A stretch of DNA of 64,000 nucleotides from Sminthopsis crassicaudata (lineage: Eukaryota), in contig NC_133622.1 of the NCBI RefSeq assembly GCF_048593235.1, forward strand, positions 247,694,055 to 247,758,054, in the 5' to 3' direction. Both the position numbers and the translations under genes were made by a program. How positions within the stretch are numbered: the stretch's first letter is position 1; the number at the start of each line of letters is the position of its first letter. Shown piece after piece: positions 1 to 24,315 of this stretch. The notes beneath the pieces are model-generated. The model saw only the letters and a list, made by a program, of their open reading frames with translations. It was not told the DNA's origin and ran no database searches.

Positions 1-240
1 TTTGGATTTCCTTCACAGACTAATTGCACACTGTTTCAAAGTCCAATTCTTTTTATACAGCAAAATAACTGTATGGACATGTATACATATATTGTATTTA
101 ATTTACACTTTAACATATTTAACATGTATTGGTCAACCTGCCATCTGGGGGGGAGGGGAGAGAAGGAAGGGAAAAGTTGGAACAAAAGGTTTGGCAAGTG
201 TCAATGCTGTAAAATTACCCATGCATATATCTGGTAAATA
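1..240 (+). mobile_element. LINE-1 3'-UTR end (marsupial type)
   Basis: cctgccatctggggggaggggagagaaggaagg...ggaacaaaagg...aatgctgtaaaattaccc resembles the dasyurid L1 terminus and the copies at 2416 and 16677. Confidence 0.75.
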
Positions 241-420
241 NNNNNNNNNNNNNNNNNNNNNNNNNNNNNNNNNNNNNNNNNNNNNNNNNNNNNNNNNNNN
301 NNNNNNNNNNNNNNNNNNNNNNNNNNNNNNNNNNNNNNNNNNNNNNNNNNNNNNNNNNNNNNNNNNNNNNNNNNNNNNNNNNNNNNNNNNNNNNNNNNNN
401 NNNNNNNNNNNNNNNNNNNN
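241..420. other. Assembly gap (180 N)
   Basis: Run of N directly after an L1 3' end. Confidence 1.
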
Positions 421-589
421 AGGATCCTAGTCAGCAAATGGATGCAGACCTCCCCATCCTTAAAAAAAGTCCCAGGAAGCCCACTAACCCTTTACACACC
501 ATGTTCTTTCTGGTTCTTCAGCTCGTCGTGCAGCTGTCCAGCCTCAGCTTATTCCATGTATAGCTTGACTTCCAGTCCTACCACGGGCC

Positions 590-1600
590 TAGCATCTTCT
601 TCACCAAGTTGCCACCCTCTCTCCTTTGGGAGACTTTTACCTTCCCAACTGCCAGGGAATCTGCCTAGCTCTCAGTCTCCTTTAGCACTGAGTCTTCTAC
701 CCATTCTTCCAACACTGATGGCCCCCAGCAGTCTGTCCTTGGCCCTCTTCACCAGGGCTTCAATGACCATTCCTCTAAGCAGATGGTTCCAAAATCTATG
801 TCAATGCTTACCTTCTCTGTCAATGTGCCAAACCGCCTGCTAAATATGTCCTCTGACACTTCAAACTCAACAAGCCCAGGCTGAACTCATTAAGCCTGAA
901 GGGACTATGAGCTCCTTAAAAAACGAACTAACAATCTTACCTCTTCTAACTTTTCTATTCTGCTGACAGTGCAGGATGCTTTGAGTCATCCAAGCTTCTA
1001 ACCCTGGCATCCCCTTGGGCTCGTCTGTCTTTTACCATCTCCAACCCACTGCCAATAACTTCATCTCCAACTAGATGGACCTCACTGACGACCAGGCACC
1101 AATCCAGCCTTCCTAGCACTGCCACAGCAATCTTCCCAATCCTAACACTCTCTTACTCATCTCACTCCCCAGACCCTTCACAATCCGGTTTCGGTAACTG
1201 TTCCAAACTTTTATCCCACCATTCCCATCTCACTCCCCAGACCCTTCACAATCTGGTTTCGGTAACTGTTCCAAACTTTTATCCCACCATTCCCTTTATA
1301 CACCGAGAACCAATTAAACCCTCATTTTCATCCTGCCTTCCTCCCACCTTAGTTCCCACCATCCTCTGACTAGAATGGGTCCCCCATTGTACCATTTACC
1401 TTCACAGGCCAACGCAGAGAACACTTCCTACGTGAAGTTTTCTCTGGGCTCCTGCCCACCCTCCACCAGCTCTCAAAATATTCTGCTAGACTCCTCCAAA
1501 ACACTGATCTCATTCACCCTTCCATCTCAGTTATTTGGGTTTCTCTCCTTTCTCTATTAAGCTGTATACTCCTTGAAAGTGGGTTCTATAACAGTTCAAA
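590..1600 (+). mobile_element. Degraded LINE-2 fragments
   Basis: cttcaaactcaacaagcccaggctgaactcat resembles the L2 core; C/T-rich composition. Boundaries approximate. Confidence 0.5.
1158..1293. repeat. 68-bp direct tandem duplication
   Basis: Copies at 1158-1225 and 1226-1293 differ at one position (C/T). Confidence 0.95.
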
Positions 1601-2415
1601 GCTGGCTGAAAGGAAACGAATTCTAAGCAAATGTCGTTCATCTTCCCCTCCTTTTTCTCCTCCTCTCACTTGACCAGTTCCATGGCTATGCATTCTGACC
1701 CTTCATATCCTTAAAAAGTGCTGCTTCCACAAAACTACCCCAAAGATAAGGCCATTCTTTCCTAATTTTGAATTTTAAAGATGTTATCCTGAGCTCTTAC
1801 TTCACTTCAAGCACCTCCAAGAATTAAAGCAACATATATTCCTCTAGTTATTAAAATAACTAGAGTCTCAATTCTATTTTATTAATTCCTTTGAAATCTG
1901 TTACCTATTGAATATATTAAATGTAACAGCAATATCAACCAACACTTTTCTGCTTGTGTCTACATCTGTTCTTTTAATTATTTGGCATCAGTGTTACTAC
2001 CCAATACTCTTGCCCCAACCTTCAACTTTCCCTCTAAAAAAAACAAATTTTCTAGCAAAAAGAAAAAAACCCACTACATTATTAAAAGAAAACAAATGCC
2101 TGTTGTAATGCCTGTTGTATTGGTTATAGCTAATAACATTTCACACCTAACTATGGTTAGTCCATCGTTTCTCCAACAAGAAGTGGGAGATTTTTTTTTT
2201 AAGTTTCAATTTTATATACAGCTAGAACCATGCTCTGAATAACTGGCTGATCAGCTTGAGAAAATGGGAGGAGCCACAGGCTCAGAAATTTAGAGCTGAA
2301 AAGGACCTTAAGAGATCCCTGAATCCAAGCTCCTCATTGTTAGATGAATGTAAGGCAACTTATAAATTACAAACTAGAAGGGGAAGTGGTTTAATCAACA
2401 AGGGAAGCAATAATA

Positions 2416-2620
2416 TTTTTTTTTGGTAACTTTTTATTGACAGTACATATGCATGAGTAATTTTTTACATTATCCCTTGCACTCACTTCTGTTCCGACTT
2501 TTCCCTTCCCTCCATCCTCTCCCCTAGATGGCCAGCAGTCCCATATATGTTAAATGTGTTATAGTATATCCTAGATACAATATATGTGTGCAAAACTGAA
2601 CAGTTCTCTTGTAAGCAATA
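2416..2620 (-). mobile_element. LINE-1 3'-UTR end, antisense
   Basis: T-run, then tttattgacag...cattatcccttgc...cccctagatggc: the reverse complement of the L1 terminus. Confidence 0.75.
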
Positions 2621-3139
2621 ATATTCAAGTGAAATCTTTAAGTCACTTCCAAAACACAAGATGAACAAACAGCAGAGGGGAAGGAACCTCTTTTTTAAAG
2701 CTAACTTGAGCATTCTGCTTCTTTCTGTCTCAGATCACTTTGGGGAAAACCCGCTAGAACAATTCAAGGATCTGTGATTTCCTAACTATGGGGAGGCACT
2801 CCTTCCACCACCACCAGGCTGGCTGCCTGACATTATCTAAGACTCATTACTAAAAGGTTTTCTAGCTTGGTGGGATCCTCCAAGGTTTGCATTCGGCTAT
2901 CCAAGAAAAATCTTCTCCCACCGATAAGTTAACAGAGCACTTTACTGTAAGCAGTGAAAAGGCATAAAAACAAGTAACTAGTTGGATAAAGACATCTGGT
3001 ATCCAGAATTTAGAAATTAAGAAATTTTCCAAAAGGCCCTCTTTTCTCTTAAGAGAATCTTCCCAAGGTCCAATCCCATTCAAATACAAATTTATCCTTC
3101 AAAGCGAGAAATACTTGCCAAGTAGTTCTTCTTATGCTA

Positions 3140-7750
<4,611 letters not shown>

Positions 7751-9088
7751 GAATTGTCCCCTCCCCCCTCGGACGGCAAATAATCCGGCGGGTCACACGT
7801 GGGCAGTTCTCCACGCTTCCACAGTCCCGCTGCCCGCCCGTCCGCGCGCAACATCCGGTCAAAATGAAATAAAGTGAGAAAAACAACAAAAAAGGGGGAA
7901 ATGCTGCAGCGCGTGCAGCCCCCGCGGCCCCCCCCCCGGTCCTGGAGCCTCTCCTTCACCGCCGCTTAGGTGCGTTAATTAGCCCGTTACAGTTTAAGCC
8001 GCTGACACTTGTTAAGCACCTGCGGAGGGACGGGGTCAGGGGGTCAGACACGAAGCCCCGCCCCTGATCTGGCCGTGGGCACCGCGGGACACGTGACTTT
8101 GGTGAGGTTCGGAAGGAGCCCCAAAGGATTTGCAGGATTGAAGTGGTCCCCAAGGCAGGGACCAAGTTTGTCATTGCTCCGCTCAGTGGCGCCCCCGCCC
8201 GGAGAGCTTGCCCTCGAGGGCCGGATAGACCCCCCCCACCAGCACCAGCCTAGCAAAGAACCAGCGCGTGGAGGGAAAGCCCGGGTTGGGACTGGCAGAA
8301 ACAGCTACATTTAGTAACTCGGAGGTCTCGGCCGTGTCCAAGCTGCCTCCGTGCCCCCCCCCCCCCCCCCCCGGCTGTGCAGCGATGCTGGGGGGGGGGT
8401 CTGCAAAGGATGAGGAAGGAGTCCTACAGCTCCGCGCACTGGTCACAGGGGCGAAGGGAGGTTTCCCGGGACACCTTTATTCCCAGGCTTTCCCAGAGGT
8501 CTCTCTAGGGCCGGGAGAAAGAAAGGACTATTTCTTACTCATTTCAGTTGGCTTAAAAAGGGGGATTCCCGAGGCTTCCTTGGGCCCCCATCTCTGCCGC
8601 CCGTCCCCTGAAGCCCCCTTCGCGCCGTCTCTTTTTTGGGGTTTGGCCCCAAAGGGGTTAAATGACTTGTTTCCAGCAAGGACTGGAGCCGGGGCCCTGA
8701 CTCTGCCCGCGCCGCCCCGCGGAGAGCAGCCTCCAGGACGGGCAGCCAGCGGTGGCTCGCTTTGTTCCTTGGCTGGGGGGAGGGGGTCACTGGGCTGCTT
8801 GCACGTGCTCCCCGGGTGGGTTTCACCACCGCCCAGGGAGAGGACCCGGGCCACGGGCGGACTTTGGTCTCCCTTCCCCTGTGCTTCCCCTCTCCATGGC
8901 TGAGCCACGCGCTAGAGTTTGGACTTAGACCAAGGTCCCGGGTGGGAGCGGGATCCCGGCGGGCAGAGAGCCCGCGCCAGGGCCAGCAGCCTTGGCACAG
9001 CCCAGCCCCTTCACGAGCCGGCCCCCATCCGTCCGGCCTCCAAATACTGCCTCCACCCCCCGTAAAGGGCACTCTTCTGCCTCCCTAG

Positions 9089-9172
9089 GGCCGGAGTGGC
9101 CGAGGAGCCCCTGAGCCGCCGGTGGTTCCCTGAGCTGACCGGAGCCCGCTTCCTCCTGGAAACCTCGCAGCC

Positions 9173-9175
<3 letters not shown>
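9089..9175 (+). other. TKFC: TKFC mostly non-coding exon ending in the initiator ATG
   Basis: Acceptor ctcttctgcctccctAG at 9088. GCAGCCATG|gtgag puts the ATG in the last 3 nt, joining in frame to AGC TCC AAG AAG at 11230. A candidate upstream first-exon donor is G|gtgagc at 7311/7312. Confidence 0.8.
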
Positions 9176-16393
<7,218 letters not shown>

Positions 16394-16500
16394 TTCCCCT
16401 GGGCCTCCTGGGGTGCAGCTGCATCTCTGCCCCACCTGGCCTGAGGGGCTTCTCCGCCTTTTTGAGGAAAGGCCGCCTTTGCACAATCATATTTTCAATG

Positions 16501-16506
16501 AATAAA
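16501..16506 (+). terminator. TKFC polyadenylation signal
   Basis: AATAAA about 107 nt after the stop codon. Confidence 0.7.
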
Positions 16507-16676
16507 ATAACCAGATTCCAGAGGAAGTGGCTCATCTGGCAACCTAAGGGTCAAAGTAGCACGCCCCCACGCGGCTCCTTCCAACGGAGATGATTCAGGC
16601 CCCGATCTTGGGATGATCTACACCCAGGGAGGATTGTGGGAACAACTGAGGGTGGACCACAACCTAGCGTTTTCAA

Positions 16677-16932
16677 TTCACTTTGTTTGCTTTTTGTTTT
16701 CTCATTTTTCTTCCCTTTTGATCTGCTTTTTCTTGCGCAGCAAGATGCTTAAATTTTTAGATTTCACCTGTGTTTTTACCATGTTTAACATATGTTGGAT
16801 TACTTGCCATCTAGAGGAGGGATAGGGAGAAGGGCGAGGGAAAATGGAACGCAAGGTTTTGCAAGGGTCAGTGTTGAAAAATTATCCTTGCTTATGAATG
16901 TTTTGAAAATAAAAAATTTCAATTAAAAAAAT
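16677..16932 (+). mobile_element. LINE-1 3'-UTR end downstream of TKFC
   Basis: tacttgccatctagaggagggatagggag...ggttttgcaagggtcagtgttgaaaaatt...AATAAA (16908) followed by an A-rich tail. Confidence 0.75.
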
Positions 16933-17964
16933 AGAAGACTAGAAAACTGAAATAATAATGAGGATGATGATGAGGATGATGATACCCTCAAATCCTGCAT
17001 CCAGGCCCCGGGTTAGGAGCCACCTTTGAAGGTACCGTTGCCTTCACTCAGTCACCCAGGAGGCCGGCCGGCTGGGGCCGAGGACAAGCTGGCTTTGGAG
17101 CCCTGTTCCAGGCCCGGCCAGCCCCGCTCCCATCAGCCCTACTCCCTGTCCCAGGGAGCGTGAGAGAGAGCTGCCATACCTGGACCCGTCAGGGTTAACA
17201 CTTGTTTAAGGATCTCTCATTTATAAGCCTATTTGTCAGCGGGCAGAGCCGACCCCCATCAGTCATCTGTGGCGGCTACCTCCTCCCCTCCCTACGTGCC
17301 CCCTGGTCACTGAAAGCCCAAGCCAGAAATGGCGATGGATCCCCCGGCTTGTCTGCCCACGGTCAGTCGGACCCTGGAGACCCAGCCCGGTCTCTATCCC
17401 GGCCCTCCCTAAACTCAACTGGCCTTTCTGATGTGACAACTGTGGCCACAGAAGATGCATCATGGGGGTCTTGACCGTGCTCTGGGATGCACCCTAAGGG
17501 AGGATCTTGTGGGAGCCGTAGAAAACAGGCTGCACAGGCACCAGCATGGCAAGGGCATGATCTGGGGCAGCCTGGAAGTCAGGGAGCCACAGACTGGCCT
17601 TGGACCTCGATGCCCCCAGCAGCTAAGACCAAGGTGCAGGGTAACTGCCGTCCTGTCTTGGCATAGGGAACCGCACAGGCTGCATGCCAAGGCTCACCGT
17701 GTGCCCGCTGGCCGGAGCTGCCCTGGCATGGGGAGCTCCCAGCCCAGATCCCCTTCCCACACAAGCACATCTGGCTAGCCCGGGGCCGGCAGCTTCCCAA
17801 GCCATTCTGGGCTCTCCAGATCTGAGCCAGCCGAGACCTTGCAGGCCACCCAGACCAAAAGGCCTCCACACCCCCGAGTGCTGGCGAGCCCAGCTAGGGA
17901 ATCGGGGTCAGGGGTCAGCAGGCTGCAAGTCAGGCTCACAGAGCAGAAAAGCAGTGAAAACAGC

Positions 17965-17970
17965 TTTAAT
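17965..17970 (-). terminator. Candidate CYB561A3 polyadenylation signal
   Basis: ATTAAA on the minus strand about 1.37 kb past the stop; another ATTAAA lies near 18184. No transcript evidence. Confidence 0.35.
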
Positions 17971-19335
17971 GGGAAGAAGAGGTAAAAGAACACAAGTCCA
18001 AAGAGGCCTTACATACGAAGCGCTTCCCTCAGCGGGGCAGGAGGAGCTCCAGATTCCAGGACAGGCGGCCGGAAGCCACGCCCCCCTGCCCCTCTGTCCC
18101 CAGAGGCCACGCCGCCCCTGCCCCTCTGCCCGTAGCGCTGGCGCTCAGCGCCAAACGCAATCCTTAGCAAGTTGGTTTTCCCTTTTAATGTGTGGAAATT
18201 CTTGGCCTGGAAGCCTGAGAACACACAGAAAACCCTCGGCCCGGCCCAACATTTAGCCCCAGCCGCCGCGGGCCTGCTGATGCCGACGGCTCAGCGAGCC
18301 AATCACCGGCCGACTGCTCCCCCGGAGAGCCACGGCTCGAGAGCTGGCCCCAGCCATCCACACCCGTCTTCCCTCTGGGCCTGGAGCCTCTGAGTCAGCC
18401 AGGACTAAGTTTGGGGGGAAAAGAGAATTCCCCCCAAGACATGGAGAAAGCAGATGAAAGCCTCAAATGAGGGAACTCTTGAGTGAGGGGCAGATCCGTC
18501 CCAGGACTCCCGCACGTGGCCCATGGCAAACCCCTCTGGGAGGGCCCATGTACCCTCTGGGCCCCCGTCAGCCCGGGAGCTGGCACTTTACAGGGCTGCG
18601 GTCAGAGTCCGGCCATGTCCAGCTGGGCAGGGACGGGCAAGGAAGAGATGGCTCCGGAAGCCGGGCAATGCCCCCCCCCCGAGCCTTCTCCACCTTTCCC
18701 AGGAGTGTGAGAAGTTGCCGAGGAAGGCTGCCGGGGGCGGGAGTGTTGGGAGCTGAACCCCATGGGCCAGGAACGGGGCCAGCCTCCCGAGGGGGTGAGG
18801 GGCGCCAGGAGTCTGGAGATCAAGTCCGGAGGCAGTCCTGCTATCAGGCAGTGGCGGCACAAGTTTCCTGGGGGACGGGGCGGGTCAGGAGGCCTGGAGG
18901 CAGCGGTAAGGCCGGGAGCGAGGCCGGCTCGAGCCGAAGCTGGGGGGAGCAGCGGTCACGGCCCCCCCTTCTGCTCTGCAAAGGGCTGGGAGAGAGCAGA
19001 GGGCCTCCTCCCACCCAGGGTTGTGGGGCCCACCACACTCAGCCCCAGCCCAGGGGTGGTGGGGGGCAGAGGGGGTGCTGCTGCCGCCCAGGAGGAGGTA
19101 ACTGAGATATGGACAAGCCTTCGCATGGCGGTGTTGGCACGGGGACAGAGGAGCAGGGTCTCAGGGAGGCTGAGAAGGCCCGGAGCACAGAGGCGGCTCT
19201 GTCTGGGAGCAGACAGCCCAGTGGTCAGCGAGCAGGACAAGCAGAGGGGACAGAGTCTGGGACCCGGACCCGCCCCTGCGGAGCAGGGTGTGGGGAGGAG
19301 TGACAAGGCAGCCTGCTCCCGGCGCCCTTCAGGGC

Positions 19336-21469
19336 TCACTCGGCTTCGTGCAGCAGGGGCTGGAAAGAGAGTTGAGGAGACTCGGGCTGACACGAGGCAC
19401 CCTGGAGTGTGAGAAGTTTCCGAGGAAGGCTTCCAGGGGCCAAGGCCAAGCCCAGGAGGGCCCCTCATCCCCTGGGCCAGCAGTGACTCAGGCTGGGCTT
19501 GTAGGGAAACGGCCAGAAAGACCTTCCGGGTGATGTGACCCCTGCCTTGTCTGACCTTTGCTCCCCAGACAGGCTGAGGGAGACCCTGCAGAACCAGGCC
19601 CCGCTCACCATCTGAGTAGCTGTGAAGGCTGCCCCGGCCTGTGGGGGGATCAGACGGGGCTCCCGCCAGCTCCCCCCCCCGCCCCCAGGTTCACACCTGT
19701 CTGTCCGTCAGGAGTCCCGGTTCAGGCCGCTTCCACGATGAGACCAGGAGCACGTAGAGCACCAGCACCACGAAGACGGCCACCAGCATCCCGGTGAGGT
19801 TGGCAAAGCAGGCCTCCGGAGGGAGGCTGGAGTAGGGGGCGGTCGCATTCTTCCTGTGGGCAACAGCGTCTTCCTGCGGTGGCTCTCACTGGGCCCTCCC
19901 CGGGACTCGCTCAGTGCGGGCCTCCCCCCCACCCCCGGAAGGTCAGGGCAGGGCCTCCCCCGGGAGTTTCCAAGCTAGGAAAACCTGGCAAGGGGGCTGG
20001 CAGCTCTGCTCGGCTCCTCTTCTCGACTCCCACCTCAAGGCCGATGGCCGGTGAGCCCCGGGGCCCCTGGCCCGCCCCGGCAGCCGCCCATGCTCGGGGG
20101 CGGCCCAGGGGGCACATCGCTGCCCCCCCCTTCACAAGAAAGGCCCCAGCAGGAGACTCACAGGCTGAAGAAGAGCTTCTCATTGATTCCGGAGAGGACG
20201 GAGGCCATGGACAGGATCAGGATGGTGGCCCCGAAGAAGACGTGGACGGGCTTGAGGAGGCTGCGCAGGCCCAGGGAGGCCCAGGGCAGCAGGAAGACGG
20301 AGAAGCCCAGGAGCCACTGAGGAGAGACCTCGGATCAGCCGGCTGCGCCCCAGCATCTTTCCGCTCCCAGGGGATGGGGTCCCAGAGAGACACCCCCGCC
20401 TGCCGCCCGCACCCACAGCCCCGCTCCCCAGATGGCCAGGCCCGTCCGGAAAGTACCACGGTCAGTTTGTTCGAGGAGGCCGCCCGAGGCTGGGAAAGCT
20501 CGTCCGGTCCCGCCTGAGGCAGGCGTGAGCCCTGGGGGGCGAATCTCCACCCCGGGAAGTGCTGCCCCCAAACCCCGGATCCCGAGGGCACCCGCCCACA
20601 CTCAGCCCCCCCCCTCCCCCCGCCTTTACTCCAGTCTGGTCCCAGGGGCTTCAGGGAGTGGGCGGGCTGGGGAGCCGAGGGCACCCACCTGGCCGGCGAA
20701 CAGGGCCACGGCCACGATCCCCAGCCAGCTGTGCAGGGAGTAGAGGTGGGCGATCCTGTTGTGGTGGTGGAAGCTGAAGACGGCCACCAGCCCCAGCACG
20801 GCCAGCGTGAAGGCCACCAGGTGCAGCGCGGCGTGCAGCAGCTTCCACGGCAGCTTGGACCCCACCCAGGACTGGGGCAGCCGGTACACCAGCGAGGCTG
20901 CGGGAGACCAGGAGCCGGTGCCCGTCTCAGAGCCTGTGCCAGCCCCGGGCACAGGAGCCCGACGGGGACACTGGCTGCCAGGAACCAGCTTCGGGCCAAG
21001 GTTCCCCATGAAGAGACCTTCGAGCCCCTTGGCCAGACCGATGCTCCCCGGCCCCCCGAGGGCGCTCCCAGCCCCCCACCCTCATTGCTCCCCTCTCCTG
21101 AGCCCACTTCAGTGGCCCCAGTTACAAGAGTCTTCTGGAGGAGAACCCAAGGAGCCTCACAGCCAGCGGACAGACGGGCATGCTGAAGCTCAGGGCTTTG
21201 CCCGAGGTGTTGGTGCCCGAGTCAGTGGCGGGCGCTCTCCCCACCTGAGGAAGGCTGCACGCCCCAGGTCCCCGTCCCTACTCACCCGCCCCATAGAACA
21301 CCACCATGCCAGCCACCATCAGGACCGGGTGCCAATTGAACATGAGGACGGTGCCATCCCAGGCAAAGCCGCCACGCCAGTGCTGGACCCAGTAGATCAT
21401 GAAGAGCAGGCAGAGAGAGCCCAGGGTGCCCAGGCCCAGGGAGAAGACATAAAACTGGCCCCTGGCCAT
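19336..21469 (-). CDS. CYB561A3: Lysosomal cytochrome b561 family member A3, 242 aa
   Basis: Exons 21469-21286, 20897-20689, 20316-20162, 19853-19697, 19359-19336; total 729 nt. Heme-ligand His at 47, 83, 117 and 156 (NWHP, LLHAA, SLHSW, PVHVF). C-terminal DRQPLL dileucine lysosomal sorting motif. Confidence 0.97.
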
Positions 21470-23769
21470 CTTGCTCCTGGGGAATGGCAGAGCGGTCACT
21501 CCCTCAACAGGGCCCCCTTGTGGCTCCGCCACCACCCCTCAGAGCGGCGACCCCCGGTGAGTCAGATTTCTGGTGGTGAGGAGGGGGCCCTGGCGCCCAA
21601 CAGTGCCCGGAGCCGAGAGAACAGAGGCCTTTACCAGAGGGCGAGGGAACCAGAGGGTTCAGGCCCCGGAGGGGCCGCCGGGGCACACGTCACCCCGTTC
21701 CGGTGACAGTCCTCGGCCGCCCACCTGCCGCCCCCACTTCTGCTTTCTTACCCTTGGGGGAACTCCGCAGGAAGGGAGAGAAGGGCCGGCCCGGCCTGCG
21801 GTCCACCGGGCCTATTTTGGGATTTGCCCACGAGGGCTGCTCGGAAGGGGAGGTTAGCATGAGGCTCTGGGACCTCGGGCAGAAGGCCAGCCTGGGCCGT
21901 GGGCTAGGGCACAGAGGGCCCCGCCTTTATCTTCAGCCAGGATAGGACCGACGTGCCCTCGGGGCACCGGCTTGGCCCGTGCCAGGATGGCACCTTGGCC
22001 ACTGAGGGTCCCAAGCCCAAAGTGGATCAGGGCAGAGCAAAACCAACAGAAACCTGTGGAAGACCCCGAGTCCTTTCTGGGGTGCTGGGAACCCCAAACA
22101 GCTGGGGACATTTACAAAGCCCCTACTGCGTGCTAGGCCCCGTGCCAAGTGCTTTACAGGCACCCTCTTGTCAGATCTCTGCAAGCCTGGGAGGCAGGTG
22201 CCCCAGGAGGGTCACACAGCCAGGAAGTGTTGGAGCCATGGTGCCCTCTGGTGCCCCGGCGGGCAGGAGTGAGGGCATGCAGGCACAGGAGGCAGCCAAT
22301 AGGCCAGGTTGGCAGGGAGGACACAGGGATGCGCAGAGAAGCGGAGTTGGATGGTGAAAGTTTCCAGTGCCAGGCTGCCTACTTGCCCAAAGGCAGGAGG
22401 AAGCCCCGGGAGATGCCAGGGTCTGACCCAAGCACCGGAGGGTGGCAGGGACGGTGACGAGAAGGCAACGGGGGCCTCGGCTCCTCCGCTCCCCACTCGC
22501 AGGCAAGCTCCGGGTCCTGCCTGACCCGAATCCGGGCCTGAGCTCGCCGGGCACTCAGGAAGAGGCTTCCCCAGGGCCCGCCAACTCCCATTCCCGGGCT
22601 CAGCCACGAACCCGCAGCTTGGGCAGAGGAGCCGAGGAGCGGGCACCGAGCCAGTGAGCCCAGAGTAGGCTCCAGAGGTCAGAAAAGGGCCCCCAAGAGG
22701 CTGGCACAAGATCACGGCCCGGATTCTGGCGGCAACGCCGTTTTTCCCATCAGGCTCGTGGGCTCGTGACCCCTCGACTGGACCATCAAATGGGCTAAGG
22801 CACACGAGGGGTCTCCGGCCTCCACCCCCGCCCCGAGCAGTCCCAGCCACGGGAAACCGAGGCTCCGCAACCTCCGCCACCTGCTGTGCCCCCCTCTGCC
22901 TCTGGATGTGACCCGGAGACAGCTGGAGCCACCCTGCCCGTGGGAGGCGACGCGGCCCATGTCGAGGGCCCTCACCTATGAGACGTTCCTGGCTGGCATC
23001 CGCACGTCGCCAGGCACCTCCCGGGCTCCCGCCGGCCCCGCCCCCTACTGAACCCTGCCAGAACCGGGGCCCTCCCAAGGACCGGGCGCTCCGGAGGCTG
23101 CGGCCACGCGCACAACAGGGCCCCGGAGGCCGCTGCTCAGCCGGGCACCGGCTCCCCTTAGAGCCCAAGCTCTCTGAGGGCAGCGAAAGCCTCCCTCCGG
23201 CCTTGGGGGCTGTGGCTCCTCCCCTCCCTTGCTCTAGGAGTCCCTGGGGCCCCCACCGGCCACCGCCCGCCCAGAGGCTCCCCGGCCAGGCAGGCGGGGG
23301 GGGGGGGGGAGCCCCTTGGTGTTCCTTGTTTGATCTCCAACTTCCTTTGGGACTTGCACCTTTGATACAAGATCTGGTTCGGGCTGGCCGGGGTTTTACA
23401 GCCCCCCCCCCCTAGTTCTGATCTGCTCAGATAGACCAAATGCCAGCAGGGGGGAGACTTCTGTCCCTGCCCAAAAGATAACAAGAGAATCCTTATCTTG
23501 TTACATCACTCTCAGGAACCTCCCTCCATCACTGCATAAATGGCCTTGTGCCATGCAGCCATGTTGCCCACCGGCTCTCCGGTGTTCCCATTCTAATCAA
23601 TAAAGACGATGTTTCCATACAGCATGAAGTAGCAAATTCCTTTGCTGCGGAACCCGCCATTGGTTACTTTGGGGAAGGAAGGAGAGAGAGAAAGGAACAG
23701 AACCACCTTTGTTTAGACCTCAGTTTACTCCTCATCAGGCTCACCTCTCCTGCGGCTTAAGACCCTAGA

Positions 23770-24315
23770 TCCCTGGGAGAGGCCCCAGACCCCCAGGGGG
23801 AGGCAGCCCCAGACCCCCAGGGGGAGAGGGCCCGGACCCCAACAGGGGGAGAGGCCCCGGACCCCCAGGGGGAGGCAGCTCCAGACCCACAGGGGGAGAG
23901 GCCCCGGACCCCCAGGGGGAGGCAGCCTCAGACCCCCCAGGAGGAGGCGGCCCCAGACCCCCCAGGGGGAGAGGCCCCGGACCCCCCAGGGGGAGGCAGC
24001 TCCGGACCCCCAGGGGGAGGCAGCCTCAGACCCCCCAGGAGGAGGCGGCCCCAGACCCCCCAGGGGGAGAGGCCCCGACCCCCAGGGGGAGGCAGCCTCA
24101 GACCCCCCCAAGGGGAGGCAGCTCCAGATCCCCCAGGAGGAGAGGCCCCGACCCCCAGGGGGAGGCAGCTCCAGATCCCCCAGGAGGAGAGGCCCCGGAC
24201 CCCCAGGGGGAGGCAGCTCCAGACCCCCCAGGAGGAGAGGCCCCGACCCCCAGGGGGAGGCAGCTCCAGACCCCCAGGGGGAGAGGCCCCAGACCCCCCA
24301 GGGGGAGCGGCCCCG
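23770..24315. repeat. GC-rich minisatellite, ~22-23 units of 23-25 bp, in the CYB561A3 5' intron
   Basis: Alternating unit types ccccagggggaggcagctccagac and cccagggggagaggccccggac. Confidence 0.95.

Noticed and set aside
2-430. ORFs spanning the N run
   Set aside because: They are open only because N codons are not stops; the real sequence is an L1 3' UTR.
20217-23168. Long ORFs at 20217-21107 (-), 20759-21706 (+) and 22212-23168 (-)
   Set aside because: Off-frame, antisense or intronic ORFs in extreme GC sequence, without supporting splice structure or domains.
23770-24315. Possible EBF1 or CTCF site array in the minisatellite
   Set aside because: CCC-AG-GGG lacks the T/A flanks of TCCCNNGGGA, and the CTCF core is mismatched; too weak to claim.
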